From NCBI GenBank assembly GCA_030055465.1, contig JASFYF010000001.1, forward strand, positions 830,581-894,580: 64,000 nucleotides of DNA, read 5' to 3'. Origin of the DNA: Candidatus Nezhaarchaeota archaeon. Its GTDB lineage: Archaea; Thermoproteota; Methanomethylicia; Nezhaarchaeales; WYZ-LMO8. Within the stretch, counting starts at the first letter, position 1. Each line of letters starts with the position of its first letter. Shown here piece by piece: positions 47,111-56,139 of this stretch. Under the pieces are notes generated by a model. That model searched no databases. It saw nothing but the letters and a program-made list of their open reading frames with translations, and was not told the DNA's origin. The position numbers were made by a program, and so were the translations under genes.

Positions 47111-47919
47111 GTCCTCTTTACTCCAGCCTCAGCGTATATTGCCTCCAGCAAGCTGCTTATCACCGGAATTTTGGGGATGGAACTAATTTCAGGTGCGTAC
47201 GCCATAAACGTCAGGTACAGCTTTCGACCATTATCGCTGACGTCGATGTTAAGCCTGCCCCCGCGGCTGCTGACCTCCTCCTCCACCTTTTTGAAGTCTT
47301 CGGAGTCCACAATCGCCAGCGCGGCCCTACTCAATCTCTCGGAGGCCTCACGCGCAGCCTTATTGGATACGAAGGTCGAAACCGACGTGGCATCAAGATA
47401 TATGCCATCGTGCTGCACCTGAAGCGCAAAGTTGTCGATGCTGGAAGTCCCATCTCTACTTTCAAACATGAAGTAGACGCCCTTGTATGCTCCCGGCTCA
47501 TCTTCAACTAGCTTAACGTCGCTGAGTAGGTAGTCTCCCTCGCAATCCAGGGACGCCGATATGTGTTCGTCAATGTGATGCAACAACGATCCAAGGTCAA
47601 GGAGATAGGCCAAAGCTTGGCTTAAGCTACACCTACCGTCCTTTAAGCCCCTCAGGCTGTAGGCTTTCTTGACCTCATCAATCAAATCCCTAAACTCGAA
47701 GATGGCCCTCAACGCGTCTTCAACGATGCCCTCCACCTCAACGTCGTCATCCCCCGCAGCCAGCGAAAGCCACTTATACGCGTCGCTTGGCAGCTTCACG
47801 CTCACTTTGAAATATTCGGCCAATATATGAAACCCCGTAATTGTTAGGGAAATCCCACACTTATTGTTTTCCCAATGTGGATCAGCATTAAAAGTTCCCA
47901 TAACTTCAAGCCCTTGCAC
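47107..47919 (-). CDS. hypothetical acidic protein (270 aa)
   Basis: Long ORF with normal composition and no motif I recognise. Confidence 0.35.
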   Translation of the reverse strand: MQGLEVMGTFNADPHWENNKCGISLTITGFHILAEYFKVSVKLPSDAYKWLSLAAGDDDVEVEGIVEDALRAIFEFRDLIDEVKKAYSLRGLKDGRCSLSQALAYLLDLGSLLHHIDEHISASLDCEGDYLLSDVKLVEDEPGAYKGVYFMFESRDGTSSIDNFALQVQHDGIYLDATSVSTFVSNKAAREASERLSRAALAIVDSEDFKKVEEEVSSRGGRLNIDVSDNGRKLYLTFMAYAPEISSIPKIPVISSLLEAIYAEAGVKRT

Positions 47920-48032
47920 AGCTTCACCAAGCAGGAACCACGCCGCTTCAGGACAAGCACCCTAAACCCCTAAGTTGTGGTGGCATGCACGCCAAAAAAC
48001 CGCGGCGGCGGGGAAGCGCCAAGCCAACGGGT

Positions 48033-48131
48033 TGGTGCGGCCGCCGGGATTTGAACCCGGGTCGCCAGCGCTCTTCGGAGCTTGAACCCCGTGGAAGGCT
48101 GGTGTCCTAATCCAGGCTAGACGACGGCCGC
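48033..48131 (-). tRNA. tRNA-Gly (anticodon UCC) with a 21-nt canonical intron (48071..48091), CCA encoded
   Basis: Anticodon arm CCAGC-CUUCCA|intron|C-GCUGG. BHB: H CUUC/GAAG, bulges CAC and AGC, h' GGGG/CUCC. Confidence 0.9.
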
Positions 48132-48286
48132 TGCTGTTGGTGTTGGGAGCTATATACATATATTTTTTGTTGGGCTCAACCAAATGCCTTCCAATCATCG
48201 TGGGAACTCATATCAACTCTGATCTTTCATGGCCCAAACTCTTCTCCCCGCCGTCCTGCATAAACTTTTGCTAAAGGCTATAACCA

Positions 48287-48848
48287 TCATGGTTTCAAGA
48301 TTCTCAGCACGTTTTCGCGATATGGCGGTCTTATTATGCCCTTCTCGGTTACTATGGCTGTTACGAGCTCGGGCGGAGTGACGTCGAAGGCTGGGTTCAA
48401 AACCTTGACGTCTATGGTTATGGGCTTCCCATTCACCTCGAGAACCTCCTTTGGATCCCTGCTCTCTATAGCCACCTGATCCGAGGTGGACTGCAAGTCG
48501 AATGTTGAAGTTGGCGCCGCCACGTAGAAGGGTATCGAAAACCTGCTGGCAACCACTGCCACAGTCAAGGTCCCTATCTTGTTCACCACGTGTCCATCCC
48601 TCAACACCCTGTCGGCGCCGACTATCACCTTGTTCACGATGCCTCGGCTCATGACGTAGCCCACCATGTTGTCGGTTATTAGCGTAACGTCTATGCCGTC
48701 CCTCTTCAACTCGTAGACCGTCAATTTAGCCCCCTGAAGTCTAGGCCTGGTCTCCGTGGCTATGACCCTCACCCTCCTGCCCTTCGCCACGGCGCTCCTG
48801 ATGATGCCTAGCGCCGTCCCATAACCAACCGTGGCTAGGGCACCCGCA
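48287..48848 (-). CDS. mtnA: MtnA / eIF-2B alpha-beta-delta family isomerase (methylthioribose-1-P isomerase-like), exon 2
   Basis: Begins with the third base of the Asn codon, then AGALATVGYGTALGIIRSA...VIVGADRV. 562 nt to the stop. Confidence 0.8.
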
Positions 48849-48879
48849 CTCCGCCAGCTGAGCTTAGAGCCCAAGCTGT
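48849..48879 (-). other. predicted 31-nt BHB-type (HBh') intron in mtnA-like pre-mRNA
   Basis: Sense strand reads CUGC-AAA-CAGCU-(14 nt)-AGCUG-GCGG-AGU. Excision gives THC-N-AGALAT; see finding. Confidence 0.65.
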
Positions 48880-49352
48880 TTGCAGTGCGTGAGAACCACG
48901 TCACCTTCATCTATTAGCTGGGCACCAATCTCACCCATCCTTCGATTTGCCTCCACGTCCTCCTCAGCCATCTTCAAGGCCTCCTTAACTGCGAGGCTCC
49001 GAGCCTCCTCAACGGTTTCAGCGCCTCTGATCACGGCAAGCATCCTTTCAACAGCCCAAAACAGGTTCCTAGCTGTGGGTCTAGAGCTTGAAAGCAGCTT
49101 TGCAGCCTCCTCTACGCTTCTCCTAAGCTCGCCTAGCTCGTTGGCTTTTGAGCGTATAACCGCCAACGCGATGCCCATAGCGGCGGCCACCCCGATGGCT
49201 GGGGCACCCCTAACGGTCATGTTCTTGATGGCCTCGGCTACTTCCTCAACGCTCCTGCACTCAACATACCTGCACTCCCATGGCAAGGCGTTCTGATCTA
49301 AAAGCCTGACTACATCGCCGTGGAGCTCAACGGTTCTAACATCAAAAAACAC
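48880..49352 (-). CDS. mtnA: MtnA / eIF-2B family isomerase, exon 1 (ends ...GDVVLTHC plus the first two bases, AA, of the Asn codon)
   Basis: Contains LLDQNALPWE...MTVRGAPAIGVAAAMG...GDVVLTHC. 473 nt. Confidence 0.8.
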
Positions 49353-49412
49353 TCGTGAACACCCGGTACTAAACTGCGAGTAGGGTGATTTAAAAAGTGA
49401 ACCATACCATCA

Positions 49413-49425
49413 AGTTTTTAAATAC
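49413..49425 (+). promoter_or_regulatory. TATA-box candidate AGTTTTTAAATAC for tRNA-Leu
   Basis: About 30 nt upstream of the tRNA 5' end. Confidence 0.45.
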
Positions 49426-49451
49426 CCGCTTTCAACCAGAAAACTAAGCGG

Positions 49452-49577
49452 GCGGGGGTTCCCGAGTCCGGACAAAGGGGCGGGACTTAAGATCTCTACG
49501 CGCTTGAGGTTAGATGTTCGAGCTAAGCGATCCCGTGGCGTAGGCCTGCGTGGGTTCGAATCCCACCCCCCGCACCA
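49452..49577 (+). tRNA. tRNA-Leu (anticodon UAA) with a 38-nt canonical intron (49492..49529), long variable arm, CCA encoded
   Basis: Acceptor GCGGGGG/CCCCCGC; anticodon arm CGGGA-CUUAAG|intron|A-UCCCG. BHB: H CUUA/UAAG, bulges AGA and CGA. Confidence 0.9.
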
Positions 49578-49599
49578 ATACCTCTAGTTCTGGTGCGGT

Positions 49600-50172
49600 T
49601 CACATAAGCCCAACTTTTAAGTTTTCAGGTACAGAGTTTAATGTGACTGCGGATATACATGATTATGCTGGTAGACTTAAAAGAGCCAGAGAGAGGCTAA
49701 GCAGGCTGGAGAACAGCAGCCTACTACTATCATTCATAGATCATTTGAGCGCTCTTGGATTATCGGCTGGCAGGGTTGCCAAGTACGCTAACCTATTGTG
49801 CATGCTGATGAAGAACTATTTATTCGACCCGGCTAAAGCTGATAGGCGCATTGTCGAGCGCGTAATAGCTTGGATAAACAGCTCAGCCATACAAGTCATC
49901 AACTCTTGAAGATCCTTGTTAGGAAGCTGGTTCAGTATGCTAAATATAGTAACTGCGGGCGAGGTGTGTCAGTGTCGCCGAAGGTCCCGTGGTTCAGCAG
50001 TGAGAAGGACAGCAGGGTTAAGCCCGAGATGCTCTTGTAGCTTGAGGATGTTAAGGCCATGATTAACGCCGCCAGAACTAGCGGGATAGGACGCTGATAT
50101 CAGCCCTGTTGGAGGCGGCGCTTGGGCCAAGCGAACTGTTAACTATGAATGTTGGAAGCTTCTAGACGAACA
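49600..50172 (+). pseudogene. decayed tyrosine-recombinase (integrase) gene abutting the tRNA-Leu 3' end
   Basis: Integrase-like pieces lie in three frames: LLSFIDHLSALGLSAGRVAKYANLL; KILVRKLVQYAKY...VKPEMLL*LEDVKAMINAA; RDRTLISALLEAALGPSELLTMNVGSF*. There are several stops and frameshifts, and the catalytic C-terminal part is absent. Boundaries are approximate. Confidence 0.6.
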
Positions 50173-50223
50173 GGCGGGCTAGGAATATTAGCTTCCCGCC
50201 TAGAACTCCTAAGTAGGGGACCC

Positions 50224-51144
50224 ATGTACGAGGTGTATCCCTACGATTTAGGGTACGAAGGAACTATATGGCGGCCGCCCAGCGAGGCGAGCAGCCTCAT
50301 AATTCAGGCCACGGTTGGATGCTCTTGGAACGCGTGCACCTTCTGCGGAAACTACAAGGACCGCAAGTTCATGGTTAAACGTCCCGATGATATATTTGCC
50401 AGCATAAGGTTGGCCAAGGCGCTTTACGGCGATCGCGTGAGGAGGGTTTTCCTAGCTGACGGCAATGCGCTTGCAATGCCCACGGAAGAGCTGTTGGCAG
50501 TCCTAGAGGTCTTAAAGAAGGAGTTTCCGAGGCTTGAGAGGGTTAGCTGCTACGGGGGACCCCTCGACGCGCTGCGTAAGACTCGAAGCGAACTTCAAGA
50601 GCTATGCGATCGGGGGCTAAAGCTGGTTTACCTTGGGGTTGAGTCTGGGGACGACGAAGTGCTCAAGAAGATTAACAAGGGGGTAAGCTCAGCCGGAATG
50701 GTTGAGGCGTGCAGGAAGCTTGTGGAGTCAGGCTTAAAGCTCTCGGTGACCGTTATACTTGGGTTGGCCGGCAAGGAAGGAAGCCATAGGCACGCCGTCG
50801 AGACTGCCAAAGTCTTAAACCGCGTTGACCCCCACTACTTGGCTCCGCTGACGCTCATGATAGTTCCGGGAACCCCGCTACATCAAGAATACGCCCGTGG
50901 CTTCTTCAAGCCGCTTACGCCACTCGAAACGCTTGTGGAGCTTAAGGTGCTGGTGGAGCACTTGGAGCTGACAGAGTGCATCTTCAGGTGTAATCACGCT
51001 TCAAACTATCTCCCAGTCGGAGGGGCGCTTCCAGGCGACAAGGCCGAGATCCTGAGGCTCCTCGGCGAGGTAATAGAAAAGATACAGTGCAACCCGGAGT
51101 TGGAGAGGAGAATCTTGAAGCCTGAAAGCCTAAGAGCACTTTAA
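50224..51144 (+). CDS. radical SAM protein
   Basis: Cluster motif GCSWNACTFCG, with later GNAL and GVESG motifs. ATG 50224 is preferred. Confidence 0.7.
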   Translation: MYEVYPYDLGYEGTIWRPPSEASSLIIQATVGCSWNACTFCGNYKDRKFMVKRPDDIFASIRLAKALYGDRVRRVFLADGNALAMPTEELLAVLEVLKKEFPRLERVSCYGGPLDALRKTRSELQELCDRGLKLVYLGVESGDDEVLKKINKGVSSAGMVEACRKLVESGLKLSVTVILGLAGKEGSHRHAVETAKVLNRVDPHYLAPLTLMIVPGTPLHQEYARGFFKPLTPLETLVELKVLVEHLELTECIFRCNHASNYLPVGGALPGDKAEILRLLGEVIEKIQCNPELERRILKPESLRAL

Positions 51145-51220
51145 CGCCTTCAGTAAAGTATATTTACCGCCATTTTGTTCTCTCTTTTCACAAATAAGCT
51201 GTAAAGAAAGAGTGGCTGCC

Positions 51221-51673
51221 ATGTCTCAGGAGTTCAGACACATAGTTAGAATAGCCGGCGTGGACCTGGATGGAGGACTAAACATCGAGGAAGGCTTATC
51301 CAAGATTAGAGGTGTAGGTCATACTCTAGCTAGATCCATAGTTAATGTACTTGGCATGGACAGGAGCACCAGGTTAGGTTACATAACCGATGCTATGATC
51401 AAGAAAATTGAAGAGGTGCTGGCTGACCCCCCCAGATACGGGATACCTCTCTGGGCGCTCAACAGGCAGAAGGACGTCAAGACTGGGGGATCCAAGCTTC
51501 TCTTAGGGTCTGACCTGGTGCTCGCGGTTAGGGAAGACGTGGACAGGCTTAAGAGGATTAGGTGCTGGCGCGGCGTTAGACACGCCTTAGGCCTTAAGGT
51601 TAGGGGGCAATGCACGAGGACTACTGGCAGGGTAGGGTTAACCGTAGGCGTCAAGAAGAAGCCTAAAGCGTAA
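51221..51673 (+). CDS. rps13: 30S ribosomal protein S13 (uS13)
   Basis: Starts MSQEFRHIVRIAGVDLDG. Confidence 0.95.
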   Translation: MSQEFRHIVRIAGVDLDGGLNIEEGLSKIRGVGHTLARSIVNVLGMDRSTRLGYITDAMIKKIEEVLADPPRYGIPLWALNRQKDVKTGGSKLLLGSDLVLAVREDVDRLKRIRCWRGVRHALGLKVRGQCTRTTGRVGLTVGVKKKPKA

Positions 51674-51684
51674 AGGGTGATGAT

Positions 51685-52179
51685 ATGGGTGATCCCAAGA
51701 AGCCCAAGAAGACGTGGAGGGCCCCCCTCCACCCGTGGAAGAGGGATGCCTTGAGAAGGGAGATGGAGCTCGTTGGGCTCTACGGCCTCAGGAACAAGCG
51801 CGAGCTCTGGAAAGCCGTAAGCACCCTCAGGAACTTCAGACATCAAGCTAGGAGGCTTCTCGCTCAGAGGGATGAGAAGCAGGTAAATGATCTGTTAGCT
51901 AAGCTTAGCAGGTTTGGCCTTTTACCCCCAAACTCAACGCTTGATGACGTCTTATCTTTAAAGATCGAGGACATCCTGGAGAGGAGGCTTCAAACCATAG
52001 TGTTCAGGAAGGGGCTAGCGAAAACCATGTATCAAGCCCGCCAGCTGATAATCCACAGGCATGTGGCGATAGGCGGAACCGTGGTGACAACCCCTAACAG
52101 GCTCCTCACCGTGGAGGAGGAGAAGCTCGTCCGATTGATAGGAGTCCCCATTACCGTTGAAGGTAAGGGAGGTGGATGA
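51685..52179 (+). CDS. rps4: 30S ribosomal protein S4 (uS4)
   Basis: Starts [19 protein letters not shown], with a C-terminal S4 domain. Confidence 0.95.
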   Translation: MGDPKKPKKTWRAPLHPWKRDALRREMELVGLYGLRNKRELWKAVSTLRNFRHQARRLLAQRDEKQVNDLLAKLSRFGLLPPNSTLDDVLSLKIEDILERRLQTIVFRKGLAKTMYQARQLIIHRHVAIGGTVVTTPNRLLTVEEEKLVRLIGVPITVEGKGGG

Positions 52180-52601
52180 CCACGTCGTCTCCTCAAGCTC
52201 AGCGGCAACAGCCTAAAACATTGAACTGGGGCGTAGCCTGGATATACGCAAGCTTCAACAATACGATAATCCTCATAACTGATCCAACAGGTGCCGAAAC
52301 CGTTGCCAGGGCCTCGGGTGGCATGGTTGTGAAGGCCGATAGAGAGAAGCCCTCGCCCTACGCTGCAATGATAGCTGCCAGCAGGGCGGCGAGAACAGCT
52401 ATGGATAGAGGCATAAACGCCGTTCACATAAGGGTTAGAGCGCCCGGAGGCAGCGGGCCCAAGATACCGGGGCCTGGAGCTCAAGCTGCGATAAGGGCCT
52501 TGGCAAGGGCTGGAATGGTTATAGGCAGCATAGAGGACGTCACGCCGATACCGCACGACCACGTGAGGAAGCCGGGCGGTAGGCGCGGCAGGAGGGTCTA
52601 G
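52176..52601 (+). CDS. rps11: 30S ribosomal protein S11 (uS11)
   Basis: Contains [22 protein letters not shown]...[15 protein letters not shown]. Confidence 0.95.
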   Translation: MTTSSPQAQRQQPKTLNWGVAWIYASFNNTIILITDPTGAETVARASGGMVVKADREKPSPYAAMIAASRAARTAMDRGINAVHIRVRAPGGSGPKIPGPGAQAAIRALARAGMVIGSIEDVTPIPHDHVRKPGGRRGRRV

Positions 52602-52622
52602 GACGAAAGGGCGTGCAATGGT

Positions 52623-53423
52623 ATGCGCATAGAGGTTCTCGAGAGAAACGAAAATGAGCTGCGCCTACTGATCAAGGGTGTCAGCGTGGCATTTATGAAT
52701 GCTTTGAGGAGGACGGCTATAGCTGAGGTGCCGGTAATGGCGATAGAGGACGTGGTTGTCTTGGTGAACAGCTCACCGCTATTCGACGAGGTTATAGCTC
52801 ACAGGCTCAGCCTCGTACCGTTGACGACCCCTAGGGAGGGGTACGTTATGCCCAAGGATTGCGAGTGCGGAGGGTCTGGATGTCCAAAGTGCCAGGCTAG
52901 GCTTTACCTCGACGTAAAGGCGGATGGCCCGCTTGTGGTCTACGCCGAAAACATGCTGTCAGATGATCCTGGGGTTAGGCCGGTTTACGGCAACACGCCG
53001 ATAGTAGTGCTGGAGATGGGTCAAGCGCTGACGCTCGAAGCGTACGCCCAGCTAGGGCTTGGGAAGGATCACGCCAAGTGGCAGCCAGTATCCGCCTGCA
53101 GCTACAAGTATTGTCCTGAAATAACGGTGGAGAAGGGGCTCTGCGATGGTTGCGGCGGATGCGTTGACGCCTGTGTTAGGGGCGTCCTGAAAAGTGAAGG
53201 CAGCTCGGTGAGCGTTGAGGATCAGTTGAAGTGCACTCTCTGTGGGGACTGCGCTGAGTCGTGTCCGAAAGGAGCCATCAAAGTTAATAAAATTAACGAT
53301 GCCTTCGTGTTCTACGTGGATTCCACGGGGACCATGCCCCCAGAGGAAGTTTTAATCAGGGCCTCGGATGTACTCCTCAATAAAGTGAGGCAGTTTGAAG
53401 ATGCTTTGGTGAGGTTGGGATGA
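52623..53423 (+). CDS. rpoD: DNA-directed RNA polymerase subunit D (Rpo3) with a ferredoxin-like 4Fe-4S domain
   Basis: Contains FMNALRRTAIAEVP and CDGCGGCVDAC...CTLCGDCAESCP. Confidence 0.93.
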   Translation: MRIEVLERNENELRLLIKGVSVAFMNALRRTAIAEVPVMAIEDVVVLVNSSPLFDEVIAHRLSLVPLTTPREGYVMPKDCECGGSGCPKCQARLYLDVKADGPLVVYAENMLSDDPGVRPVYGNTPIVVLEMGQALTLEAYAQLGLGKDHAKWQPVSACSYKYCPEITVEKGLCDGCGGCVDACVRGVLKSEGSSVSVEDQLKCTLCGDCAESCPKGAIKVNKINDAFVFYVDSTGTMPPEEVLIRASDVLLNKVRQFEDALVRLG

Positions 53424-53782
53424 GGGAGGTTAGGGCAACAAGTATAGTTACTCGGAGAGCCCTCACTTTGCTGAGGAGGGCTTACAGGCAACAGCATGCG
53501 AGGCTTTGGAGGGACCTAGCGGAGAGGATTAACAGGCCGAAGAGGAAGAAGATATCTGTGAACCTCAGCAGGATAAACAGGTATGCTGGGAGGGGCGAGG
53601 TTGTTGTCGTGCCTGGGAAAGTCTTGGGGGCTGGCACCATTGATCACCCGGTAACTGTTGCAGCCTTAGCATTCTCCAGGGCGGCCAAGGAGAAGATAAT
53701 AAAGGTCGGTGGAAGGGCCTTGACCATTGAGGAGCTCGTAGCTGAGAACCCCTCCGGCACCAACATCAAGATTATAGGGTGA
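53420..53782 (+). CDS. rpl18e: 50S ribosomal protein L18e
   Basis: 120 aa containing RINRPKRKKISVNLSRIN...VVVVPGKVLG. Confidence 0.9.
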   Translation: MREVRATSIVTRRALTLLRRAYRQQHARLWRDLAERINRPKRKKISVNLSRINRYAGRGEVVVVPGKVLGAGTIDHPVTVAALAFSRAAKEKIIKVGGRALTIEELVAENPSGTNIKIIG

Positions 53783-53790
53783 GCTGCAGT

Positions 53791-54240
53791 ATGATGAGCC
53801 AATTAGTTGTTGATGCTGAAGGCCAGATCTTGGGCAGGATGGCTAGCATAATAGCCAAGCAGCTATTAATGGGTGAAAGAGTGGTTGTGGTCAACGCAGA
53901 AAAAACGGTTGTTTCTGGTAGAAAGCGTTCGCTGCTGCGCGAATACGAAGAGTACGTTCTATCCAAGAAAACTTGGAAGATGCCGGAGAAGGGACCCAAA
54001 AAGCACCGCAGACCTGATATAATTGTTAAGAGGACTGTGAGGGGGATGCTCCCCTACAAGCAGGGAAGGGGGTTGGCCGCCTATAAGAACCTGAAGGTCT
54101 ACGTTGGTGTGCCCCAAGAGTACGCCAACCTACCAAAGGTTAAGTACCCTCAGGCCGATGTTTCCCGTTTGGCTGGAAGATACGTGTTTTTAGGCGAGCT
54201 TTTGAAGGAGGTTGGATGGAGCCTTGAGCGCAACCACTAG
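53791..54240 (+). CDS. rpl13: 50S ribosomal protein L13 (uL13)
   Basis: Contains VVDAEGQILGRMASIIAKQLLMGERVVVVNAEK. ATG 53791 is preferred over the GTG at 53779. Confidence 0.93.
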   Translation: MMSQLVVDAEGQILGRMASIIAKQLLMGERVVVVNAEKTVVSGRKRSLLREYEEYVLSKKTWKMPEKGPKKHRRPDIIVKRTVRGMLPYKQGRGLAAYKNLKVYVGVPQEYANLPKVKYPQADVSRLAGRYVFLGELLKEVGWSLERNH

Positions 54241-54244
54241 AACA

Positions 54245-54637
54245 GTGCTGGCGAGCGGAAGCAGGAAGACAGCCCTGGCGAGGGCCACGATAAGGCCGGG
54301 CAAGGGAAGGGTGTTCGTGAATGGCAGGCCGCTTGAGGTCCTCGAGCCGGAGGCCGCCAGATGGAAGATAATGGAGCCGCTCCTCTTGGTGGAAGACCTG
54401 AAAAACCTCGTGGACATAGATGTAAACGTTAGCGGCGGCGGCTTCATAAGTCAGGCCGTTGCCTCGCGCATTGCAATAGCAAGAGGTCTCGTGGAGTTCT
54501 TTAAGGACAGGCCGGAGGTCAGGCAGACACTCTTAAGCTACGATAGGTACCTGCTTGCGGGAGACCCCCGAGAAACGGAGCCCAAGAAGCCCCGTGGTAG
54601 ATCGGCCAGAGCTAAGAGGCAGAAGAGCTATAGATAA
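54245..54637 (+). CDS. rps9: 30S ribosomal protein S9 (uS9)
   Basis: Contains [24 protein letters not shown]...[20 protein letters not shown] 54245 follows the rpl13 stop; the listed start 54212 overlaps rpl13. Confidence 0.92.
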   Translation: MLASGSRKTALARATIRPGKGRVFVNGRPLEVLEPEAARWKIMEPLLLVEDLKNLVDIDVNVSGGGFISQAVASRIAIARGLVEFFKDRPEVRQTLLSYDRYLLAGDPRETEPKKPRGRSARAKRQKSYR

Positions 54638-54647
54638 AGTGGTAGTT

Positions 54648-54854
54648 ATGGTTATAATACCTGTAAGGTGCTTCACCTGCGGTAAGCCTATAGGACACCT
54701 CTACGAGGAGTTCAAGAAGCGCGTGGAGATAGGTGAAGATCCAAAAAAGGTGCTTGACGAACTCCACGTTAAGAGGTATTGCTGTAGGCGCATGTTAATA
54801 AGCCACGTGGACCTCATCTACGAGGTCCTGAAGTTCAAGAAGTCCTCCGTCTAG
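54648..54854 (+). CDS. rpoN: DNA-directed RNA polymerase subunit N (Rpo10)
   Basis: Starts [22 protein letters not shown] and contains [15 protein letters not shown]. Confidence 0.95.
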   Translation: MVIIPVRCFTCGKPIGHLYEEFKKRVEIGEDPKKVLDELHVKRYCCRRMLISHVDLIYEVLKFKKSSV

Positions 54855-54870
54855 CGGAGCGTGCTCGCAT

Positions 54871-56139
54871 TTGGTGGAGACTGCAATAGAGGATGTTTAC
54901 GCTCGAAAAGTCTTTGACAGCAGAGGCAACCCAACCATAGAGGTTGACGTTGTAACCGTTGATGGGTTCGGCCGCGCCTCAGCGCCTTCTGGTGCTAGCA
55001 CGGGGAGGCATGAGGTTGTCGCCTTCCCCAAGGGGGGAGTTGACGATGCTGTGAGGATAGTTAACGAGGACGTGGCTGAGAGGATCATAGGCATGGACGC
55101 CCTAGATCAAGCCGCTGTCGACTTCATGCTCCATGAAGTGGATGGGACTGAAAACTTCTCGAGGATTGGAGGTGCTGCTGCTTTGGCTGTTTCGATGGCC
55201 ACAGCTAAGGCTGCAGCCTCATCCTTCGACATGCCCCTATTCCAGTATATAGGTGGCCTATTCGCGACGCAGTTGCCCTACCCCCTAGGCAACGTCATAG
55301 GTGGAGGCAGACACGCTGGGGACAAGACGCCTAACATTCAGGAGCTGCTGGTAATCCCGGTTGGCGCGAAAACCTACGCTGAGGCGGTCGACGCGTGCTT
55401 CAAGGTTCATAGGGAGGCGGGCAAGATAATCGGTGCTTCAAACCATGGTTTTGCAGGCGGCAGAGGGGACGAGGGGGCTTGGGCCGCCAACCTTTCAGAC
55501 GAGGAGGCCATTCTCACCTTGGTGAAGGCGTGCGACAAGGTGGAGAGCGACATCGGGTGCCGAATAGTCATCGGCATAGACGTCGCAGCCTCCAGCTTGT
55601 GGAGGGATGACAAAGGAGGATACTGGCTTAGGAGGGAGGGGAAGCTTAGAGGCCGAGAGGAGCACATCAACTTCATGCTGGAGATCGTGGATAAGTATGA
55701 TGTAAGGTACCTCGAAGATCCGCTCCACGAAGACGACTTCGAGGGGTTCAGCGAACTCGTGAAGGCGGTAGGGCATAAAGTTCTCGTCTGCGGCGACGAC
55801 CTCTTCACCACAAACCCCGCCAGAATCGCTAAGGGGATAGAAGTCGCGGCCGCCAATGCGGTTATAATAAAGCCAAACCAGGTGGGAACGCTTTCAGACG
55901 CCTACGAGGCGGTGAAGGCTTCCCGGAGGGGTGGGCTCACCCCAGTTATCTCGCATAGGTCCGGCGAAACTGAGGATGCGTTTATAAGCCATTTAGCAGT
56001 TGGCTTAAGGTGCCCAATCATAAAGACCGGCATATTAGGCGGAGAGAGAATGTCAAAGCACAACGAGCTCCTCAGGATAGAGGAATCATTGGAAAACGTT
56101 AAAGCTATGGCTGAGCTTCCTATCCACTTAAGGCGGTAG
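54871..56139 (+). CDS. eno: enolase
   Basis: Contains VFDSRGNPTIEVDV...SHRSGETED...IKTG. Confidence 0.95.
   Translation: MVETAIEDVYARKVFDSRGNPTIEVDVVTVDGFGRASAPSGASTGRHEVVAFPKGGVDDAVRIVNEDVAERIIGMDALDQAAVDFMLHEVDGTENFSRIGGAAALAVSMATAKAAASSFDMPLFQYIGGLFATQLPYPLGNVIGGGRHAGDKTPNIQELLVIPVGAKTYAEAVDACFKVHREAGKIIGASNHGFAGGRGDEGAWAANLSDEEAILTLVKACDKVESDIGCRIVIGIDVAASSLWRDDKGGYWLRREGKLRGREEHINFMLEIVDKYDVRYLEDPLHEDDFEGFSELVKAVGHKVLVCGDDLFTTNPARIAKGIEVAAANAVIIKPNQVGTLSDAYEAVKASRRGGLTPVISHRSGETEDAFISHLAVGLRCPIIKTGILGGERMSKHNELLRIEESLENVKAMAELPIHLRR

Noticed and set aside
48844-48888. An alternative 37-nt intron register for the mtnA-like gene, with H helix CACT/AGTG.
   Set aside because: It is frame-compatible, but it deletes the conserved Asn-Ala of THCNAG and has no inner h' helix adjacent to H. 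The 31-nt register restores the consensus and has a 5-bp h'.
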